Source of the DNA: Rhizodiscina lignyota
Lineage: Eukaryota
Direction of reading: 5' to 3'
NCBI GenBank assembly: GCA_010015805.1
Contig: ML978131.1
Location: 62,001 to 126,000, forward strand
DNA: 64,000 nucleotides
The notes below the pieces were generated by a model. It saw only the letters and a program-made list of their open reading frames with translations. It searched no databases and was not told the DNA's origin. Made by a program: the position numbers and the translations under genes. Below are positions 12,601 through 25,013 of the stretch, one piece after another; within the stretch, counting starts at the first letter, position 1, and every line of letters starts with the position of its first letter.

Positions 12601-14125
12601 TCAGAAGCGTCTTGGACAGTTGGCCAAATGGAAGACTGCTGAGGAAGTAGCTGCACTCATCCGATCGCTGCCAGTCGAAGAACAGCCGAAGCAGCTAATC
12701 GTCACTCGCAAGGGTCTTCTGGATCCCCTTGAAGTGCATTTACTCGACTTCCCCAACATCTCGATTCGAGCATCTGAGCTGCAACTGCCTTTCCAGGCTG
12801 CGATGAAGGTTGAAAAGCTTGGTGACATGATTCTGAAGGCGACAGAGCCGCAGATGGTCCTCTTCAATCTTTATGACGAATGGTTGAAGTCGATTTCGTC
12901 GTACACCGCCTTTTCTCGTCTGGTTCTCATCCTTCGTGCCTTGCACGTAAACATGGATAAGACTAAGCTCATCCTTCGACCCGACAAGACGGTCGTCACC
13001 CAGGAACATCACATTTGGCCTACCCTTTCTGATGAAGATTGGATCAAGGTCGAAGTGCAGCTCCGCGACTTGATCTTGAATGACTATGGCAAGAAGAATA
13101 ATGTCAACACCTCAAGCTTGACAAGTAGCGAAGTGCGCGACATCATTCTTGGTATGGAGATTAGTGCACCATCGATGCAGCGACAGCAAGCGGCCGAGAT
13201 CGAGAAGCAACAGCAGGAACAGCAGCAGCTCACAGCTGTCACGACCAAGACCCAGAATGTGCATGGCGAAGAGATTGTCGTCACGACTACATCTCAATAC
13301 GAACAGGCGACCTTCGCTTCGAAAACAGAGTGGCGAACTCGTGCCATCGCAACGTCCAATCTTCGTACGAGGTCCAACAATATCTACATCTCGTCGGAGG
13401 ATGTGCGCGAGGAGGACCACCCGACCTACATCATGCCGAAGAACATTCTCAAGCGATTCATTACGATTGCCGATTTGCGAGTGCAAGTTGCCGGATTCTT
13501 GTATGGATCGTCGCCACCAGACAACGAGGGGGTCAAGGAGATCAAGACTATTGTCATGATTCCACAAGTTGGAAGCACTCGCGACGTGAATCTACCACTT
13601 CAGCTCCCAGAGCACGAATATCTGAATGGTCTGGAGCCACTGGGTGTCATCCACACGCAGAGTGGTAACGAGGCATCGTACATGAGCGCTGCGGACGTGA
13701 CACAGCACGCACGTCTTATGAACACCCATTCTTCATGGGACAAGAAGACTGTCACCATGACCGTCTCCTTCACACCGGGCTCGGTCAGCCTTTCTGCCTG
13801 GGCCCTCAACCCTAACGGCTACAAGTGGGGTGCAGAGAACCGCGACATGTCTTCGGATCAGCCAGCCGGCTTTGCTACCAACTTCGGCGATAGGTGCCAG
13901 ATCCTCCTGAGCGACAAGATCATGGGGTACTTCTTGGTGCCGGAGACAGGCGTGTGGAACTACAGCTTCATGGGCAGTGCGTTCGACAGCATTAAGAAGA
14001 GGGCACCACATGTGCAGATTGATACCCCTGCGAGGTTCTACGATGCGTTACATCGTCCGGTGCATTTCCAGAGCTTCGCGGAACTGGAGGACGTGTGGGT
14101 GGATCGGAGTGACAACTTTGCCTGA
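6634..14125 (+). CDS. PRP8: Pre-mRNA splicing factor Prp8 (U5 snRNP); no intein; introns 11231-11593 and 11830-11881
   Basis: Highly conserved Prp8 sequence across ORFs 6568..11265, 11599..11850 and 11885..14125; splicing restores [17 protein letters not shown] and HESI|VMDL. Confidence 0.99.
11323..11572. repeat. 55-bp tandem minisatellite (about 4.5 copies) inside PRP8 intron 1
   Basis: CTGTT(C/T/G)A recurs at 11339, 11394, 11449, 11504, 11559 (period 55); unit approximately CTGTTCATCCTTCTGGAGAGCACTNTTGTGTTCCCAGAATTAKTGCACTCTWCTT. Confidence 0.95.
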
Positions 14126-14444
14126 TGTGTGTGTACTCCTTTCAACCTGGTAGACCCGAAAGGACGGGACTCCATTCTAACGTACGTCTAGGCTTTCGGA
14201 CATGACAGGACAAGGCGAGTGATTTGGGTAGGAGCATTGCGGAAAACTTGCGGGCGGAAGGGGTGTGGTGGTGTACGTTAGCAGTGGCGTTTATAGTATA
14301 CCATAAGCATTCACAACAACACAGTTACAGATATCATGTCCCTTACCTCTTTTATGTCTGAGACCTGTAACGGCGTCTCGTCTCCGCAACGAGATGCAAA
14401 TCTTCTAAGATAGGCCCTGGCAAACTACTCCTGGCAACCTCAAA

Positions 14445-14904
14445 GAGGGTGGTGCTTGAACGAGTTTGAACTAATTCAAACGATGTCTGCAGGGTTCAAG
14501 TTATGGCTAAGGTTTAATATGGTTTGAATTGAACAGTTTAGACTCGTTTGAATTAGTTTATTTCGTTTGAGATACAGTAAGAGCTATGCTGAGTGCGAAA
14601 GACTGCGAAAACTATAAGGCGGGCGAGTTATAAGCCTTAAAATCGTATAGAAGCATATGAGATTAAGGAGAAAAGGGCCCGGAAGCGGGGTTTATACGGC
14701 CGTGCACCCCCTCCCAAACGGTCACCAGCCCCCCCATACTCTCTAGCACTAATATAATCTTCGTATATTTAAATAGTTTAAATTAAGTCAACTTAATTCA
14801 AGGTCGTTCAAGATACCTAGCTCATCTCAAACCTATCTCAAATTAAACCAAACTACTCGGATCTCAATCCCTGAGGAGATGCCCCTCGTTCAAGCACCAC
14901 TCTG
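14445..14904. mobile_element. Non-autonomous hAT-type DNA transposon (MITE), 460 bp
   Basis: 20-bp TIR, 18/20 match (GAGGGTGGTGCTTGAACGAG 14445-14464; CTCGTTCAAGCACCACTCTG 14885-14904); perfect 8-bp TSD ACCTCAAA at 14437-14444 and 14905-14912; AT-rich interior with no ORF. Confidence 0.88.
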
Positions 14905-15001
14905 ACCTCAAATGGCAACCTACGCCTAGCAACCTCGAACGTAAACCCAGCAATACAGGAATGCCTACTATAAGATGCAATATTGAGTGGCTCTTACCCC
15001 T

Positions 15002-15291
15002 CAAGTGGGTGACAATATAGTTGAGTCGTGGCTGTAGTATATAGAACTACGAAGATGTATATCCTCGATAGCCAATATAAGTTATACACGCTGAAGCTGC
15101 GTGGTTTAGATAAATAGATTCTAGTATATAATTTATCGACCTTTCAGAGATACTCGTGTTTTAGATAAACGAACTCTAGTATATAGTATATCGACCTTTC
15201 AGAGATGCACTCGCTAGCGTTGAAGAGGAAACCTCGCTTCTGCTGAACACGTTCAAACTTCATAAAACTCAACTATTTTGTCACCCTCGTG
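15002..15291. mobile_element. MITE copy 1 (CAA/CAC-ended family), with an internal duplication of about 53 bp
   Basis: 25-bp imperfect TIR CAAGTGGGTGACAATATAGTTGAGT ... ACTCAACTATTTTGTCACCCTCGTG; body is the reverse complement of 16832-17065; flanked by CCCT on both sides. Confidence 0.85.
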
Positions 15292-15454
15292 CCCTGATAC
15301 ATATCTTATTTAGCTATGAATATACAAAGTGTACAAGGGATGTCAGAACTTGCCAACGAAAGCCATTTTGAAGTGGAGAGAAACCCAAGAGCGATTATAC
15401 CGGAACGCCGTGCCGATGATCATATATTATATTTTCATTCCTGGCATTGCTGCC

Positions 15455-16529
15455 TTATTTCCTCCGCTGCTGCATGCCCAAAATCTGCACCATCCGAATA
15501 AAGATGTTGATAAAGTCTAGCTCTAGGCTGATGCTCTCATTTACAGCGTCCCTCTTCATCAATCCGCGCTCAGCCATACGCGCATGATGAAGGACCTTCT
15601 GCACATCGTACAGAGTGAAGCCACCAAAGACGGCCAGACCGCCATACAGCCAGATGTTCTCCGTTACCATGAGTGTTCGGGCAGCGGTTGCGGGTACGAC
15701 GAGAGGAGCAAGGCCCGAAAGTGCGACGATGGCAACGCCCGCAAGGAGTGGTGCGCCGAGGTAGAGGTACTTCTCCTGCTTAGCCGTGGCACCGACAAAC
15801 GCGATCGAGCCCATCATGCCAAGGGTATACAAGCCGGCGCGGGCGAGGAGGGCAGGCTGAAGAAACATGAGTGGCGAGAGGAGCGCGGCCTGGGTCAGGT
15901 TGAATGCGCCCCAGAGCGCGTATTTCTGGACGTAACTGCGACACGTTAGCACAAATAGCCCCAAAAGAACCCTTATCATGGACTCACTTCTCAGGAGGAG
16001 TAGCCATAGCGCCCCACATCGTGCCAATAGACCCAACAAGTCCGATGCCCAGCACGGCCCATGGGTTCGCCGCCATGAGCCTGTACGACCATCCGTTCAT
16101 GTGCAGCGCCCTTGCAGCAACCGCAATAATACCAATACCGAGACCAGTGTGCATAAACGTGTCGTTGAGGTAGCTGCGCTCGTACACTGGCATTCCACCA
16201 TCTTCTCTCGTCTCGCGGTTAAAGATCAAGTTGATCCCGATCACTGTGGCGCCAAAGATGCCCACACCATAGAGCAGCCGCTGTCTGAACGCGCCACTTG
16301 CGGTGGGGTTTGGAATTGTCTGCTGGGTATAGGCACGGCGGAAGGTCGCCTGGAAGACATTTCGTGATTTCGAGAGGGTGGCGGGTAAAGGATTCGATGG
16401 TCTTGCGGCGGGGAAGAAGTTCTGTTTTAGCGGCGAGCTATGGAATGCGCGGAAGGTAGTTGAGGAGGCCTTGGGCGCTTGTTTAATGGTGGCCGTAATG
16501 GCGAACGGCCTTCGAAGGATGAAAGCCAT
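15455..16529 (-). CDS. Bax inhibitor-1 family protein, mitochondrial GHITM/MICS1-like
   Basis: Basic, hydroxylated N-terminal presequence (MAFILRRPFAITAT...), ERSYLNDTFMHTGLG, FTLYDVQK, SISLELDFINIFIRM; intron 15936-15987. Confidence 0.9.
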
Positions 16530-16744
16530 TGCGACCGAGATATATGGAGGACTCAGGAGTTGGCGATGGAATTGGAGACAAAGCTGGTGGAGTGACGGGA
16601 GTCTACATACATGTATCCATGACGTTCCCGCCGAGCTTTCGGCAATTTCCAGAGCTTTCGACGAATCACGTGCGTGCGTGTAGCCACCGGATTTAATAGC
16701 GGACATAAACGCGAAACACGCTGCATCCATATATCATATCGGGG

Positions 16745-16776
16745 CACGAGGGTGACAAAATAGTTGAGTTTTATGA
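16745..16776. mobile_element. Solo or truncated end of the same MITE family
   Basis: CACGAGGGTGACAAAATAGTTGAGTTTTATGA is an exact reverse complement of 15260-15291; the following sequence is not colinear with the other copies. Confidence 0.75.
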
Positions 16777-16831
16777 TGCTGAGAGCGAAGCTGAACACTG
16801 GGTTGCAGCCGACTTCAGCACTCTATCGTAG

Positions 16832-17065
16832 CACGGGGGTGACAAAATAGTTGAGTCCTGCAAAGTTAAACGTATTCAGTAAAAGCGAGGTTTCCTCTTC
16901 AACGTTAGCGAGAGTATCTCTGAAAGGTCGATAAATTATATACCAGAACTCGTTTATCTAAAACACGTAGCTTTACCGTGTATAACTTATATTAACTATC
17001 GAGGGTATATATCCTCGTAGTTCTATATATTGTAGCCACGACTCAACTATTTTGTCACCCACTTG
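16832..17065. mobile_element. MITE copy 2 (234 bp), inverted relative to copy 1, 5-bp TSD
   Basis: CACGGGGGTGACAAAATAGTTGAGTC ... GACTCAACTATTTTGTCACCCACTTG; direct repeat CGTAG at 16827-16831 and 17066-17070. Confidence 0.9.
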
Positions 17066-17620
17066 CGTAGTACTGTACGCCAAGAGTCGCAAGCTTTCCG
17101 GATTTCCTAACCCTGCATATATCCAGCAACTTACTTCCTCTTTATTTGGTATATATCACGATGGAAACGGAAGTGATGATACCGAGTAAGTAAGAGGCAG
17201 GCTTTCTCGGCGTTGCCGTTCGTGATCGTCGCGTAAGAACTGAACGGAATCCTGCCGATCGGGGTTCTGAAGTCCCTTGCCTGCTCATCGGTCCGTTCGT
17301 TTACAGTTCGTTTACCACTAAAAATCCACTTAATGGTTAGCAGATCGTCGTTACGGTTCTCTCGCGCGGTAGAGGCGAGGGCCAGGGGGTCGAGTAAGCT
17401 GTCGGCCGTCCCGTCGGCTTCACCGTACGCACCACTTTCCACATACTGCAGTCTGAACTTATGTCGTAAGTCCGGGAGCCACTGGCATAAATTTAGTCTT
17501 TCCAATCTCCTATTTCTACTCTCTATATTTCCCTTATTTAGAACTCCGGGCGATTCAGTTTCTTAATCACTCAATTGTTCATTTCGTTGCCTTCTCTATT
17601 ATCCTATTCTGTTATCGAAG

Positions 17621-18538
17621 ATGGCTGTCAATGAAGACAAGAAGTTTGGCAACTGGTTCAAAGACAATCCAAAACCAAACGAAGAATGGTACGAGTCCGA
17701 TATAAACATACACCTAAAGGGCGACGCACGATCGTTCTGGGAACAGTATACTGGCTTGAAAGGCGATGCGCTTGAAAACCATTTATACCCTCTGGTATGA
17801 AGTCCTTTGTCACATGTACAATCGAAATCTCATACACATCAACAGCGCGACAAAGCGTTCGGCATGGGCGAATATCCCTGCGTTGGCACGTGGGACTTCT
17901 TGCAATACCGAATCCCAATGGTTGTTCACGACTACGACGCACTCATCACACGACTCAAGCACAACGAAAAGGTCCTGGATATTGGGTGCTGTTTCGGCCA
18001 AGTCCTGCGACACCTCCTCGTCGATAGTGGCGCGCCATCTGAGAATATGTACGCCACTGACCTGCACCCCCAGCTATGGGAGCTCGGGTTCGAGCTGTTC
18101 TGCGATCGGGAGCGAATGAAGGCGCACTTCATCGCCGGCGACGTCCTGAGCATCAGCAATCCGCTGTGGAAGTTGGATGTCAAGTTTGGCATTGTCCTCG
18201 CGGAGCAGTTTCTGCATCTTTTCAGCTGGAACCAGAATAAGTCCATCCTCCGGCAGCTGGTTACCAACCTTACCAAGCCCGGGACGCAGGTCATCGGGTT
18301 CCAGACTGCGAATGTAAACGCCCAGGAGTACAAGACGCAATGGGGCCATATGTACTTCCACAACGTGGAATCTCTAGAGAAGTTGTGGAAGGAGGTTGGT
18401 GAAGAGACGGGGACGTCATGGACGGTGGATGCCAAACTACTTTCAGTAAGCGACGCGGGGTATCCAAAGAAGTTTCAAGACTGGTTTGGCTCTTCCGGTC
18501 GATATATATTCTTCGTCATAACACGGAATGAAGACTAG
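17621..18538 (+). CDS. Class I SAM-dependent methyltransferase (fungal secondary-metabolism type)
   Basis: Exon 1 MAVNEDKK...EQYTGL...HLYPL, intron, then RDKAF...YPCVG, motif I VLDIGCCFGQ, FLHLFSW. Confidence 0.85.
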
Positions 18539-19971
18539 AACAGTCTACGACGTTGATAGGGTCCCGTTCTCTTGTATGTCAAACAAGTCCGGCCGAAACG
18601 CGTCTGCTTCGTATATCACTTGCGAGCCTTGGCGAGTGAACGCCTTGCCGTGTGAGAATATAGATTAAAGGATACTAATACATTTAGATATCCGTATCCA
18701 TAGCTGAGACCGTCAGCCATATTTTCGCCTGCTCCGTGGGGTCGTGGCAGATTGAAATGTGGGCCAAATCAACGACATGCACAAAGTGATGAGGCCAAAT
18801 CTAGCGACACATAGATTACGGTTCCTGAAGATGCCCGCAGGGTAGTTAGAACAGATAGAAGCAGATGTCGGCATCGAAGACTTCTCTTAAGCACCGGCGG
18901 CGGCCGCTGCGGCCGCGTCGAATGTCAACTTGGAGTTCGAAAAAAGAGAAGGGCAATTTTCGCCGTATGTCCTCAACGTACCTTAAGCATTGACTTGGAG
19001 GGCATGTTCGAACCGCCGAAGGGGGCACGACTCGCCGGCATCTTGATGAAGAGGCCTTTTCTGTGCTCAACTCTTCGGCTCTAGCGATACCCTATCATGC
19101 TGAGATATCAAGGAAGAGATGAAGAAGGATATTGTAAGCGTTGTGGCCGTGATGGTCACCTACCCCTGCCCGTCGCCATGACTCGCGTAGTGGACCTACT
19201 CTCCCACATCTACACCTCATGTTGCCTCATTTCACCTCAACAGAGAATACTTGAAAATGTATAGTCCCTTCGACGAATATCGACATCGGTCCAGTGTACT
19301 TTGATGCTCATCACAAGCTTCTCCGCGCATATCGCGCCTTACGCGTGCCTGTCTCGAGCGAGACGCAGTTTGTCTCACATCCGCGTCAACGTTCGACCTC
19401 CCGCGCGTCGTACGTGTCCAAACGTTTGCCTTCTCTGAACATCAGCAGAATGCAATGGCCGAGAGGCCATCCCGCATCCTATCGTTCGAAACAAATATTA
19501 CTTGCGCTGGTTGTATTATTGCGTCCCTCGTTGCTGGCATCCTCTTGGTTCTGACTGTATCCTCTCATGATCTCGGCGTGTTCAGGGCATACTCAGTGGC
19601 AACAATCCGTTGCACAAGCCGTCCGAAATACTCCTCCTCTCTCAATCGTATGCATGAACCATTAATGTGAGGTTCTCTCGGTCTCAATTCCACCCGCCCA
19701 GAGCATGTACGCCATCCGACTCATCTTCCGAGCATAGCCTCTTAAACTGAACTGGAGGCCCGTTTCGACGCTCCCTTGTATGTTTTGTCGCGTGACTCCT
19801 TTATCTTAATTCTCGAAAATATTGCAGTGGAGTAGAATGTTCGCTGTTTTGTCAAAATCAAAGTCGATTCTCAAGTCTGTTCTCATTTCTCCTGATCTTC
19901 AATATCAACTCCACATACCGAGTCAATTTTAGCCTTCCAAAGCTTGATATCCAGCACCTAATTCCATCGCG

Positions 19972-20924
19972 ATGATTCGGCCTATGCTTGCAGCAGATGG
20001 CTTCGCCGCCCGAAGAAGTCTCCAACAACGACAAGTGGTTAGCACGTCATCCGCGTTCCCCTTTTCGATCACAGTCGATCCGGTATCGACGCCAACACCG
20101 ACAGGAAGCTCCGGCCAGGGCTCCGTATTCCAGTCACCATCGCAGTCAAGTACCTCAGAGGCACTCTTTACATTTAGCGGCAGCGCTGCACCTGCTGCTT
20201 CAGACACGAATGGCGCTCCATTCGGCAACTCGAGGGGTGGTATTGACGACATGACGGACAAGTCTGGTCTATCTACCGGTGGGATAGTTGCGATTGTTGT
20301 AGTACTGGTCATGCGTAAGTAAGCTCCGTCTAAACATATAAGAGAATGTGCTGACAGGACATAGTGGCATTCAGTGCTGTGGCATTCGTGTTCCTGTACC
20401 GGCGAGGCTATTTTCTCAAACTACAACGCCGCGCTCAAGACATCAAACTCCGCACCCGCCGAGGGCCCGTCAATCGCTCTCAGATCTCCTATCCCGTCGA
20501 TGACAAGATTACCCTCACCCGCTTCGCCTCCGAGCCAGGCACCGCACCACCTGCTTCCGACGCCAATAAATCCATGACTTCGTTCGTAGTTCAGCAGCGT
20601 ATTTCCGTTGACTCGCTTACCAACGGCCCGCAATGGAATTCTACTGCTGGCGGTAATGGTACAAAGCAGGAGCTAGACAACAACCGCTTGTCTGCTCCGT
20701 TACCACCGACACCTAGACCGATAGCACGGCCGCGAGAGAGTGGTACGCTGGGAACAATGGACTGGCGAACCATGAATCCCGTGACTCCGACCAAGCCCGT
20801 ACCGCCTCCAAAGAACAATCCATTCGCGGACTCGGAAGCCGATGCGGCAAATGGACGAGAGAATAAGGTCCGGGCGTTAGATGACCTGGAAGAGGTGCTA
20901 GCTATGGAAAGGGAAGGGAAATGA
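19972..20924 (+). CDS. Single-pass membrane protein with Ser/Thr-rich ectodomain and Pro-rich tail (Mid2/Wsc-like architecture)
   Basis: GLSTGGIVAIVVVLVM/LAFSAVAFVFLYRR across a GTAAGT...TAG intron (about 20316-20365); cytosolic PLPPTP and NPF motifs. Confidence 0.7.
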
Positions 20925-22950
20925 AAGAATTGTATGATAGCCACAGGCAGGCCTGGCATAATGACTTAGTAATGTGTGGATGTTGGCATTCTGGTAATGC
21001 CGGTACCAAAAAAGATACCCTTTAGTTAATGAAATTTCATTGCATACAAAGCAGGTTCCCGACTCATCGAACATACTTGCGTGTTGTCGGCCGTCTGGAA
21101 TGGCGGCTGTCTGGTTCTGTCTCGGCTGCCAGCTGGACGAGTCGTTTACACACGCCATGTTATCCGAAATTGCGCAAGTTTCAGAGCCCAGACGAAACGA
21201 AGGCCGCCCTCTCATTCCGGATCGGCGAACAAAGAAATGACACAGCATTTTCCATCATTACGAGACGGTGAGCCACGACCTGCGCCACAAACGACTCCAG
21301 GGCGGGGGAACAAAGGAAACATCGACTAAAAGCTAGACAAACTCGACTTCGGGGACGAGGACAAAAAGACTTATTGACACCCCTTTTCAGCATCTTACGG
21401 AGATATTTAGCGGCCAAGGTCTGTATGATTCCGTGATGCAGTGCACAGAGGCGAATCCGGCCGGTCAGTCATTCGTTACATCGAACAACTCATCATAGCT
21501 TCAGAAACTTACTACTCGCGACAACTTTGAAGAGGAGCTGTAGGAATATGGCGAGCTGTAAGTGACATGAAGCGTTGAAAGCCTGCTGTCGAACTGACCT
21601 TGTGTCGCAGACGCTAAGCCCACCAGGTGTGTCGTTATGTAGGACGAGAAGCGAGAAGAGCTGTCGAAACAAGGCGCGATGAAGCGATAAAATCCGAAAA
21701 TCGATATCCGAGCATTATTTCAGGTCTTTTTCTTCGCTAAAGAGTTTGCGCGGTTGGTTCCACTGAAACCAGATAGATTCACTCTTCCGACAGCAGTCGA
21801 GGGAGGGTATTTCAATACTTTGAGATCATAAGCCTACAAACAGTTCCTGACCTTCTCCAACTTCTGCATCATTATGGTCTCTGGCATGCGTAGTACGATG
21901 TATCCCTCTAGCTCATGAGGGAGCACATCTCCAATTTGCTCACTCAAGTGTCGCACCAACATTGCCCGTTCGAATCCGTCCAAAGCTGGACTTCCGTGGG
22001 ACATTTCCTGCGGTCCATATAATGTATGGTAATCTTTAGCAAAAGACGAAAAGTTGTCGAGGGCGTACGAATGCAGATGACTGAGGGCGATTTCTTCATG
22101 AACGAATGATCCAACCAAGTTTTGGGGCGGCTCCACCTAGCTCTGGGTGGTCTTAGCCCCCAAAGTCAGATGATCTCCGGACCCCCTTTCCCCCCTTCAG
22201 GTGGCATACATAAGAGCGAATGTTTCCGGCATTCAGGCCGTGGTACAATCCTGACAGACTTGGCTCGACGAACTATAAGGTCACGCCTCTGCGGCCTGTT
22301 GCGAGAGCGTCAGCCAGAAGGACCGCGATTGTGGCCAGCATGGCCGCATCGGCGGCTAATTGGTCTCCCCGTTGGTCGTTTCGAAACTTCACGATGTGGG
22401 GCGGACCAATCAGTGGCAGAGGATGTAGCTACCCCATCACCGTCACTCTCTGATCACAATACAGCTCCCCCTTGCATTGACCGAATGATCCGAACGTATG
22501 CGATAGCTTAGATGGGAATCAAAGTATTTAATGGCTCCAAGATGCAGACAGGGTGAGATGAGAAGAAGGCCCAAGATACAGAAACCTTCTGGGGCTCTCG
22601 CATCATTCTTTTTAACGCTTTTTTAAACTTCTTCAGCATTTTCGTACCTTCATTTGAGGCCCCAAGGATTATAAGAAAGGTCCATTTCACACGTTCTTCA
22701 TTCCCATTATTGTAGAACCGAAGTCGGAAGGCCCGTCAGCTCCGAAGTCACCGCGGTATTACGATCACATTGAGATTGGAACTGACTTCCGTGGAAGCTG
22801 CACTCCTCTTATGACGTCTCAGTATTGAAACTCATATAAAAGCCGCACCATCAGAGAACTTCATTCTTCTCCTTCCAACAACCCAACTGCAATCCATCTC
22901 ACTTCGAGCTCGTCACTTCGGATTTGCCATCTATCTAGCAGAACGTCATC

Positions 22951-23677
22951 ATGCCTGCTACAATTGTGAAGATGATTCTCCTCTGTGCGCTACTCGCAAG
23001 CTTGGTCTCCGCAGAGTGCTACTCGACTTATGTCTCGGTATGTCGCCTTCTCACTCCATATAGAGTACTCCCTATTCACGCTCATGTCTTTCTCCCCGCA
23101 GTTCGAGGATCCTCAGCCAAAATCTTCAGGCACTGGAACGACCAGTAAAGGCTTCAGCTTCCCTGGCTTCGACTTGGTCGACGATGGTCCCGCAGAGCAA
23201 ATTCCTCAGAACACTGGCGTCGTCGCTGATACCAGTCCAAACTTCATTGGATACGGACTTCAATCTCAAGCCTCTAGCCATGGTCCCTCCATCGAAGTCG
23301 GCTCCGATTTCACATCCTTCGGTCTCCGCACCATGATGTTCGCCTGCATGGAGGACGAGGCCGGCCGCAACGCTTCACTCCCGGCTGTCAACTGTGGCAT
23401 CACTCTAACTTGCATCAAGCCCGGTGGTGCGAAAGGGGGAAGCCAGACGCTGCAGTACACGTACGGAGGTGTGACGAATGCCATGATGCAGGCCGCGAGC
23501 TTGGATCTCGATACGTTCAAGTGCTGCAAGAGTATCCAGTTCAGCACCAACGCACCAAAAGTGAGCAGCAAGTACACGGTTGCGACGGTAATTGATACTT
23601 TGAGCATGTATGTCACGGCATCGCATGCAGTGACAGGTCTAGGCAATGGTGGACAGGAATTTTGCGGATGCTCATAA
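22951..23677 (+). CDS. Small secreted cysteine-containing protein (effector candidate)
   Basis: Signal-peptide-like MPATIVKMILLCALLASLVSAEC, one intron (about 23038-23101), several Cys, ends FCGCS*; TATAAA at about 22835. Confidence 0.7.
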
Positions 23678-24389
23678 TCTCCTCTGCGGCTGCCAGGCGC
23701 AGGAGATCAGATTCAGTTGGTTTACTTGCGACCATGATGGTGGAGGCATTTGACTCAAGTGTGGTCATCTTTCGGAGTAGGACTAAAACCGAAGGCTTAC
23801 AAGATGTATAATATCACTCTTCAAATAAGACCAAAAATTCGGTGAACAACCATCTCATATGACATGTACCTTTTCACAGGAGGCCCAATGATAGCCGAAA
23901 GCTCGAGCGATACCCGATAATTCAAATTGTCCATAATGTTACCAACTTCTCGACAGATCGAACGATAACTGGATACTTCTACTCTATGCCATATTACCTT
24001 CTTTATACCAAGTCGAACGATGGCCGAGTATTCATGGTTCATGCGACAACTCCTTCCTCGCGTACGGCCGAAAGATAGTGGAACGGTCGCACGCGCTACA
24101 AGACTTTGCTCTTCGCAACAGGTCAAACGACGACCACAAGCTCAGTATGGATGTGATCTATGCTTCTTCGAAGCAGATCGAACGATAGCTCAAACAAAGT
24201 TCATGTTCACGTGATATCCACTTCTTGATGAGAAGGCGCATCGTTCGCGAAAGTTCTAAATTTTCAATTCCAAGATATTGATCTATGCGACAACAGGCTA
24301 TTACATGCAAGATATGACCAGTTTCGGTCTAAGATCATCATGGTGCAAAAGAGCTATGAATGATACTTGACGACAGAATCTCCCTCCTG

Positions 24390-25013
24390 CTACATACTTC
24401 TCCTTCGCTCCCGAGGGCGAGGCTCCTCATCAAGTACCAGTCCCGCGACCGCTTCTCTCACCAATGATTGTATGACTCCACTAACAAAGTCACCACTGGC
24501 ATCCGATCGCATTATTTCAAGAAAAGCTCTTTCCAGCGTTCTCGAAGCGCCCGCTTCGGCGGACATAGGATTCGACTGTGGCGACGTTGAGCTCGAAGCT
24601 GGCTCCAACAGAGTTGTTAGGGCAGGTGTTGATTGATTTGCCGTTTCGAGTCCCGAATTCGCAGCCCATGTCCGTAGCGTGGCGCTCGTGTAGTTGAGAA
24701 TCTCGGCAGCCATATATTGGTCGGCCTCGTAGTCCTCGGGGCCACCGGACATGTCGAGAAGTTCTTGTCTTGCTCCTTGGAGGAAGTTGCTCATTCTTTC
24801 CAGTAACGTCAGGGCGTCGAGTTGGTTGGACTGAGGGGAAGTCCGATTGTTGCGACGAGAAGCTCGATTGCCGTGGCGGCGACGAGCTCGATTGTTGCGA
24901 CGAGGAACTGGGTTCTCATTAAAGCGTGGCGCGTCGCCCAAGGACCTGAACCTCGCCGCGGAGGCCTCGTCAATTTCCAAGTTGGACGGCGATAACTCTC
25001 CGGCCGTAGACAT
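24390..25013 (-). CDS. Hypothetical orphan protein (about 207 aa) with Arg/Asn-rich repeats
   Basis: Uninterrupted ORF from ATG 25013; RRNNRARRRHGNRASRRNNRT; no family recognised. Confidence 0.4.
   Translation of the reverse strand: MSTAGELSPSNLEIDEASAARFRSLGDAPRFNENPVPRRNNRARRRHGNRASRRNNRTSPQSNQLDALTLLERMSNFLQGARQELLDMSGGPEDYEADQYMAAEILNYTSATLRTWAANSGLETANQSTPALTTLLEPASSSTSPQSNPMSAEAGASRTLERAFLEIMRSDASGDFVSGVIQSLVREAVAGLVLDEEPRPRERRRSM

Noticed and set aside
6634..14125. Numerous antisense and alternative-frame ORFs over PRP8 (and similarly over other genes)
   Set aside because: Shadow ORFs caused by codon bias of the real genes.
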